From an uncultured virus (IMG/VR IMGVR_UViG_3300027303_000001) (Duplodnaviria > Heunggongvirae > Uroviricota > Caudoviricetes), in IMG/VR virus record IMGVR_UViG_3300027303_000001: 20,000 bases of DNA; one strand, 5' to 3'. Below the pieces are notes generated by a model. That model saw only the letters and a program-made list of their open reading frames with translations, was not told where the DNA came from and ran no database searches. Of this stretch, positions 1-4,410 are shown piece after piece; position 1 is the first letter of the stretch, and each line of letters begins with the position of its first letter. Both the position numbers and the translations under genes were made by a program.

Positions 1-108
1 CCACATCTGGCGTTCTTCTACGGTCATATCATTGGCGTCGTTTGCATGGCGCTTGTAGATCCGCGCCATCGCCAGAAACAGTTTTGCAGGAACTTGGATA
101 CCGGCCAT
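1..108 (-). CDS. Hypothetical phage protein, partial (continues past window start); MAGIQVPAKLFLAMARIYKRHANDANDMTVEERQMW...
   Basis: Read by hand: ATG at 108 preceded by a GGAG RBS (tctGGAGttcgagacATG); frame open to position 1; same strand as neighbours. Not in the ORF track. Confidence 0.7.
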   Translation of the reverse strand, partial: MAGIQVPAKLFLAMARIYKRHANDANDMTVEERQMW

Positions 109-189
109 GTCTCGAACTCCAGAAATATTTAACTAAGAGACTGCATAGTAAACAGCTGTCACATGCAAGTCGCTTTTCTTCACGCCCAC

Positions 190-324
190 TTAGAACGTAT
201 GAGCAAACAAGTAAACCGCGCCGAAGTAAGCAACGGTTCCAGCAAACAGCAACACGGTTACCACTCGGGCGACGTCCAGGATCAGCAGCGACGTACTGTC
301 GATTGAGTGCCAGAAGTCGTTCAC
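190..324 (-). CDS. Small hypothetical membrane protein (44 aa, one hydrophobic segment)
   Basis: 3' part of track ORF 190..474. A GTG start overlaps the TGA of the upstream gene (GTGA). Hydrophobic stretch VVTVLLFAGTVAYFGAVYLF. Confidence 0.6.
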   Translation of the reverse strand: MNDFWHSIDSTSLLILDVARVVTVLLFAGTVAYFGAVYLFAHTF

Positions 325-650
325 AGACTGGCCGCTCTTTCGTTGAGCCAGGCCTCCAGCACGTGCAGCGCTGGCAGCTCGGTTGTCACCACCTTGAACG
401 GCAAGCCCTCCGGCGCCGTGCTGCTCAGCTCGTCCGACCACACCGTGGCGCTGGTGCAGTACATGCACGTGCACGCCTGGCGCTGTACCGCCATGGCGGT
501 GTCAATGGCCCTGTTGTAGATCTCACGCAGGGTCAGCCCCCGGTGCGTCTCCTGGTTGATCTGGTGCATCGCCACAATCAGCGCCACCAGGTCGGCCTTG
601 TCGAACCCAATCGACTTTGCCACCACGTCGTTCTTGTCTACCTCGATCAT
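321..650 (-). CDS. Hypothetical phage protein (109 aa)
   Basis: ORF track; purine-rich RBS (GGGGTGGGAG) before ATG; coupled to the downstream gene; protein-like composition. Confidence 0.75.
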   Translation of the reverse strand: MIEVDKNDVVAKSIGFDKADLVALIVAMHQINQETHRGLTLREIYNRAIDTAMAVQRQACTCMYCTSATVWSDELSSTAPEGLPFKVVTTELPALHVLEAWLNERAASL

Positions 651-713
651 CTCCCACCCCGCTTAATTGACTGGCTCGTCAGTGCCGGTTATCAACCCGA
701 CAGACAGCCCGGA

Positions 714-923
714 TCACTCCGGCGCTGTTTCGCCTTGTACTTCGTCCTGCTCCAGGAAGAACCGCCCGCCGGTCTCCATACCCACCACCTGCTCGCCGAC
801 GCGGTACACGACCGAGTCAAACAGGCTGTTCAACTCCACGGTGTGCTTGGTCGCTGCTGCGCACGCCAGGTGCGCGATAGCCTGGACGAAGGCCGGTTGA
901 GTGACTTCGGATATGCAGTTCAT
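714..923 (-). CDS. Hypothetical phage protein (69 aa)
   Basis: ORF track; ATGA overlap with the upstream gene stop. Confidence 0.7.
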   Translation of the reverse strand: MNCISEVTQPAFVQAIAHLACAAATKHTVELNSLFDSVVYRVGEQVVGMETGGRFFLEQDEVQGETAPE

Positions 924-1153
924 GCCTGTTCACCTGGAAATGCTTCAGTCCCGTAAGAGGCTGCCAGCTCAATGAATACCCCGACGCGGCGCCCGCTCTC
1001 CGCCAGGAACTGGGCCCGGCCAAGCGCCTGCTTTTCGCGGCTGTACAGCTCGTGCCCGCAGGTCCAATGCTTTCCGTCGTCGTCCATCATGACTACAAGG
1101 AAACGATACGGCGTTTCATCGGGGTCCGTTTCTTCCAACTTCCATTTGCTCAT
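920..1153 (-). CDS. Hypothetical phage protein (77 aa, MSKWKLEETDPDETPYRF...)
   Basis: 3' part of track ORF 920..1279. ATG at 1153 overlaps the TGA of 1150..1332 (ATGA coupling). Confidence 0.7.
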   Translation of the reverse strand: MSKWKLEETDPDETPYRFLVVMMDDDGKHWTCGHELYSREKQALGRAQFLAESGRRVGVFIELAASYGTEAFPGEQA

Positions 1154-1332
1154 GCCTGTTCGCCTTCGAAAATGAAGCATTCGATCCAGAAGTCGATCGC
1201 GAAGCCCACACCGAACACCAGCGCCGGGAGCCACGACACGCCATCGGTAAACAGGTTCATTGCCAGCGTTGCGGCGCAACCTGCGGCGAACAGCGACGAA
1301 AAGTCGCTCGGTGGAACTGGTGTAGTGCTCAT
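1150..1332 (-). CDS. Small hypothetical membrane protein (60 aa, two hydrophobic segments)
   Basis: ORF track; ATGA overlaps at both ends; hydrophobic LFAAGCAATLAMNLF and WLPALVFGVGFAIDFWI. Confidence 0.65.
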   Translation of the reverse strand: MSTTPVPPSDFSSLFAAGCAATLAMNLFTDGVSWLPALVFGVGFAIDFWIECFIFEGEQA

Positions 1333-1484
1333 GCTTGCCCCTTGATCTTCCCGATGTACTGTTTAGCCGCCAGCAGACTGGCGCATTCTTTGGTCCCGGT
1401 GCCGTGGCTCAGGCCTGTGATCCGCACGTTGGCGCGGTCGCAGTAGCCGTGGATCGGGAAGCCTTTGTAAAAGAGTGTCCACAT
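1329..1484 (-). CDS. Hypothetical phage protein (51 aa, MWTLFYKGFPIHGYCDRANVRITG...KIKGQA)
   Basis: Read by hand (below track cut-off): GGAG RBS, ATG at 1484, TGA overlapping the next ATG; fills the gap in the operon. Confidence 0.7.
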   Translation of the reverse strand: MWTLFYKGFPIHGYCDRANVRITGLSHGTGTKECASLLAAKQYIGKIKGQA

Positions 1485-1487
1485 GGT

Positions 1488-1700
1488 TCAGCTCCACTGA
1501 AAACCAACGGTGTTTGGGTAGTAGGTGACCTTGCGACGTGTACCGCTGTAGTCGCTGTATTGGACGCGATAGGCGTAGTTTTCGGGCGCCAACTGGTTGT
1601 TGGAGTAGTCCATCACCTTGAACGTCACTCGCCCGTCCCCCATGATTTCGTGCTTACGCAGTTCGTCTAGAACTTGCTCTTTTGTCAGTAGATGGCTCAT
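1488..1700 (-). CDS. Hypothetical phage protein (70 aa, MSHLLTKEQVLDELRKHE...)
   Basis: Track ORF 1488..1712; a GAGGTG RBS just upstream supports ATG at 1700. Confidence 0.75.
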   Translation of the reverse strand: MSHLLTKEQVLDELRKHEIMGDGRVTFKVMDYSNNQLAPENYAYRVQYSDYSGTRRKVTYYPNTVGFQWS

Positions 1701-1714
1701 GTAGCACCTCAAAA

Positions 1715-1733
1715 TTCACGACTGTCGTGATTT
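1715..1733. promoter_or_regulatory. Operator-like palindrome TCACGAC-T-GTCGTGA, copy 1
   Basis: Perfect 7-1-7 inverted repeat immediately upstream of the RBS of 1488..1700; an identical 19-mer occurs inverted at 3744-3762. Confidence 0.65.
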
Positions 1734-1798
1734 AGACAACGCCCGAACCGGGCTCAGGCGTCTATTGTCTCTCTGACAACTGGTTGTGTCGCGTTTCT

Positions 1799-2338
1799 TC
1801 AGACCCGGACGACCTTGCAAACCACCTGCGGAAACGTACGGTTCAACCAGTCCTGAAACGCGTCCTCGCTCAGCGGGCACTTCACGGTGTAGACCCAATA
1901 CGCCCCACCTGGTCGCGACTCATACGGATCAGGTAACTGGTTCAGGACATGTTCGATAACGCCCCTGTTCAGCTTGTCCAGGATACTGAACTCGATCTTC
2001 CCCTCGGCGCGCAGTCGGCGTGTACGCTCCTCACGTTCCTTACGCTTACGCTCGCGGTATTCCCTGTTCCTGTTCAGCTCGCGTTGCTGCCAGTCAGGTA
2101 GAAAGAAAGCCCGCGTCACCGGCTGATCGGTCTCTATCCCCACCGCGTCACCGCCCAGCTCGCGCTTCAGCCACTCTTTCATCTCCCGTGTATCCAGCGC
2201 CTGTTTTGTATCCAGCGTGAACTCGTGCCATGAGGATCGACCCTGGAGAACTGACAACGTCCACGTAAGCCCCCGGCTCGTTAGCGCCTCCCCGACTATC
2301 TTCCCCCTTGCCGGCCCCTGTACGCGTACCTTAATCAT
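1799..2338 (-). CDS. Hypothetical phage protein (179 aa), first gene of the leftward operon, with a central Arg/Glu-rich helix
   Basis: ORF track; AGGGGG RBS; directly downstream of a near-consensus sigma70 promoter. Confidence 0.8.
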   Translation of the reverse strand: MIKVRVQGPARGKIVGEALTSRGLTWTLSVLQGRSSWHEFTLDTKQALDTREMKEWLKRELGGDAVGIETDQPVTRAFFLPDWQQRELNRNREYRERKRKEREERTRRLRAEGKIEFSILDKLNRGVIEHVLNQLPDPYESRPGGAYWVYTVKCPLSEDAFQDWLNRTFPQVVCKVVRV

Positions 2339-2370
2339 GTTCGTGCCCCCTGTGTAGTTGGTGTCCGTAC

Positions 2371-2399
2371 GTTATAGACCCACAGGCGCTGGGCGTCAA
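2371..2399 (-). promoter_or_regulatory. Sigma70-type early promoter TTGACG-N17-TATAAC
   Basis: Minus strand reads cTTGACGcccagcgcctgtgggtcTATAAC: 5/6 match at each box, 17-bp spacer, 32 bp upstream of the ATG at 2338. Confidence 0.8.
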
Positions 2400-2607
2400 G
2401 CCGTACAAAGTGAAGTTTGTATAGACGCTTCTTAGCCGCTAAGCTCGGCGTAAGGCTTACGTAAGACTTAGCTGTATATGGCGTAAACACCGTAGCGTAT
2501 CAAGCGTTTCATACAAGGCGTTACGGATGAAACACAAGAAACGGTTGTACCGCTCTTCGGTGCGACTAGTACGATTTCTCCGCTGACTTGATACGTATGA
2601 AACGGCA

Positions 2608-2911
2608 CTTACTAGCGCACGTACTAGTCTAAGTGCATGATTTCTAAAGGGCCTAGTATGATTATCACGTTAAGTCAACTTTTTTTCGATCAGGCCCATG
2701 TGAAATTTAGCTATACAAATTAATTTGTATAGTTTTAGCTTCGTAAGGCGCCAGGCGGTGGCTACGTGGATGAAGCCCAGTAGCGCTAATACCATTTGTT
2801 TTGTATAGAGTTCGCGCGTGGAACTCTCATGTAAAAAAAGTTAACTTATTTAACTAAAAATACTAGTACCCAATGGATATAAGGGGTTGGCCTAGTACGA
2901 TGACTAGTAAG
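2608..2911. repeat. Imperfect 79-bp inverted repeat (2608-2686 / 2833-2911) with inner TTTGTATAG boxes; candidate replication origin or terminus element
   Basis: CTAG at 2612/2624/2653 mirrors 2904/2892/2863. AACTTTTTTT mirrors AAAAAAAGTT. CTATACAAA at 2711 mirrors TTTGTATAG at 2800. All share one axis (2759.5). AT-rich, no ORF. Confidence 0.7.
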
Positions 2912-2971
2912 AATATGGTTTTGTATAGAGAAACTACCTGGTGAGTAGAAACACTTGAAACAAAAAGGCGT

Positions 2972-3003
2972 AAAAAGCCCTCTGCTGGCTGCTCAGAGGG
3001 CTT
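2972..3003 (-). terminator. Rho-independent terminator of the 199-aa gene
   Basis: 10-bp stem AAGCCCTCTG/CAGAGGGCTT, 9-nt loop, ending in a T5 tract on the minus strand, about 46 nt after the stop at 3050. Confidence 0.75.
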
Positions 3004-3049
3004 ACGTAAGGTATACAAATGCTTTTGGTATAGCTTAGCTAAGGCTTAG

Positions 3050-3649
3050 TTAAGCCTTCAGAAGCGCTAACAAGACATCAGAAGCTAAATCCATCATGGC
3101 AGAGATAGCGCTAAGGGCTTCCGGGTTGTTAACAGCCTGGCGCTGAAGCGCTTCTAAGCCTTCCATAACCGAATCCATAGCGCTGTTAGCTGGCTTAGCT
3201 AAGCTAAGGGCTTCCGCTTCGTCGTCTTCTGCTTCCTGGCTAAGCTTCTCGTCGCTGTCTACGGCTACCGGCTTAGCCTTAGCGTTCAGCTTACGGCAAG
3301 CGTCTGCTGCACGGCTCAGGTTCTTAGGCATTGGATCAGGCAGCACAACCGCTTTGAACACCGCCATGGCTTCCGACACCCTGTTACGAACGCTTGCCAG
3401 TGAGCGAGCCTGTTCGTCCGTAGTCTCAGGGTTCTCCAACAAGTGCGCTGCTACGTAGGCATCCTGGAACGCTTCCCGTGCGGTGTCCTTCTCGACCAGT
3501 CCACGCGCAGCCAGCGCCAAGGTCAACAGCTTGGTGGACGCGGACGACTCCGCTTTGGCAGCGGCGATCAGGTCAGAGCGCCAGGCTTGGATCGAGAACT
3601 TGGCGAGGGTGTTGTCTACAGCGGTCAGTTTACGGGCAGTGGTAGCCAT
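3050..3649 (-). CDS. Hypothetical Ala-rich helical phage protein (199 aa), monocistronic
   Basis: ORF track; GGAG RBS (ttGGAGtaacgacATG); own terminator downstream. Confidence 0.8.
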   Translation of the reverse strand: MATTARKLTAVDNTLAKFSIQAWRSDLIAAAKAESSASTKLLTLALAARGLVEKDTAREAFQDAYVAAHLLENPETTDEQARSLASVRNRVSEAMAVFKAVVLPDPMPKNLSRAADACRKLNAKAKPVAVDSDEKLSQEAEDDEAEALSLAKPANSAMDSVMEGLEALQRQAVNNPEALSAISAMMDLASDVLLALLKA

Positions 3650-3700
3650 GTCGTTACTCCAAAGTGCGTTGCGCCGTGCCTAAGTGCAGAGCGTGAGCCG

Positions 3701-3709
3701 ATCTTAGCA
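3701..3709 (-). promoter_or_regulatory. Possible extended -10 promoter (TG-c-TAAGAT) for the 199-aa gene
   Basis: Minus strand TGCTAAGAT about 50 nt upstream of the ATG; no -35 box at 17-bp spacing. Confidence 0.35.
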
Positions 3710-3743
3710 CAACCGTTTCAAGCGTGTCGTCCGTATCAACTCC

Positions 3744-3762
3744 AAATCACGACAGTCGTGAA
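3744..3762. promoter_or_regulatory. Operator-like palindrome TCACGAC-A-GTCGTGA, copy 2
   Basis: Exact reverse complement of 1715-1733; lies in the divergent intergenic region. Confidence 0.65.
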
Positions 3763-3945
3763 CGCCAGGGCAGGCACTCCCAGAGAGAAAAGGATTCTTT
3801 CGGCCTAGCCAGGGCGGGCGTGGGGGCTGGGGCGCAACGACGTTAAGCCTTACCTACTACGCCAATATGACGAACCCTCATTTTCTAGTGTATAGCTACT
3901 AAACACCCCGCAAGCTAATTTTATGCCAACTTAGCAGCCCTCTCT

Positions 3946-3997
3946 AAAATATTTTCCCGTAAAAATTCTTGACCCTCACGTAGCCGAACGCTATCTT
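3946..3997 (+). promoter_or_regulatory. Sigma70-type promoter TTGACC-N17-TATCTT with an A/T-tract UP-like element, driving the tRNA cluster
   Basis: -35 at 3969-3974, -10 at 3992-3997, 17-bp spacer; AAAATATTTT..AAAAATT immediately upstream. Confidence 0.7.
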
Positions 3998-4107
3998 GCG
4001 CTGACCAAAACCTTCCGTCTCCTTGACAGTGCCGGAACGCAGCGGTCGCGAAGCCCTGTTGCAAGTCGCCCATGCTCCCTGGCGCGTCAGGGCTAAGCTC
4101 TAATTCT

Positions 4108-4184
4108 AGCGTGGTGGAGAAGTGGTCTATCTCGTTGGCCTCATAAGCCAAAAATCCCGGGTTCGAATCCTGGCCTCGCTACCA
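4108..4184 (+). tRNA. tRNA with CAT anticodon, initiator(fMet)-like body, non-canonical
   Basis: Cloverleaf: AGCGTGG/CCTCGCT acceptor, TTGGC-CTCATAA-GCCAA anticodon arm, GGTTCGAATCC T arm, encoded ACCA; A11-U24 as in initiator tRNAs. Confidence 0.9.
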
Positions 4185-4191
4185 GTTCCAA

Positions 4192-4265
4192 GCGGAGGTA
4201 GTTAAGTGGCTTAACCTCAGCCTTCCAAGCTGATGACGCCGGTTCGATTCCGGCCCGCCGCTCCA
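4192..4265 (+). tRNA. tRNA-Gly (TCC)
   Basis: GCGGAGG/CCGCCGC acceptor, TCAGC-CTTCCAA-GCTGA anticodon arm, GGTTCGATTCC T arm, U73 discriminator, encoded CCA. Confidence 0.92.
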
Positions 4266-4270
4266 GCCAC

Positions 4271-4347
4271 TGGACCGAAGCATTGATCGGTTGATGCTCT
4301 CGGCTCATAACCGAGGGAAGAGGGTTCGAGTCCCTACGGTCCAACCA
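4271..4347 (+). tRNA. tRNA with CAT anticodon (elongator Met or Ile2; identity unresolved)
   Basis: TGGACCG/CGGTCCA acceptor, GCAT/ATGC D stem, CTCGG-CTCATAA-CCGAG anticodon arm, GGTTCGAGTCC T arm, encoded ACCA. Confidence 0.88.
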
Positions 4348-4410
4348 CTCGCCACGCCGATCAAACCGCAGTACCCTCTGGCCCAGTGTATCAACCTCGG
4401 GCCGACCCTC

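Noticed and set aside
42..956. 304-aa plus-strand ORF
   Set aside because: Antisense to four coupled minus-strand genes with good start signals; Arg/His/Gln-rich shadow composition; no RBS.
3921..4344. Minus-strand ORFs of 76 and 67 aa
   Set aside because: Antisense to the tRNA genes and their promoter; translations (RDSNP, AGIEPA, PGFEPG) are classic reverse-tRNA artefacts.
4291..4410. N-terminal extension of the 783-aa ORF
   Set aside because: Begins at a TTG inside tRNA3; ATG 4411 is the first plausible start.
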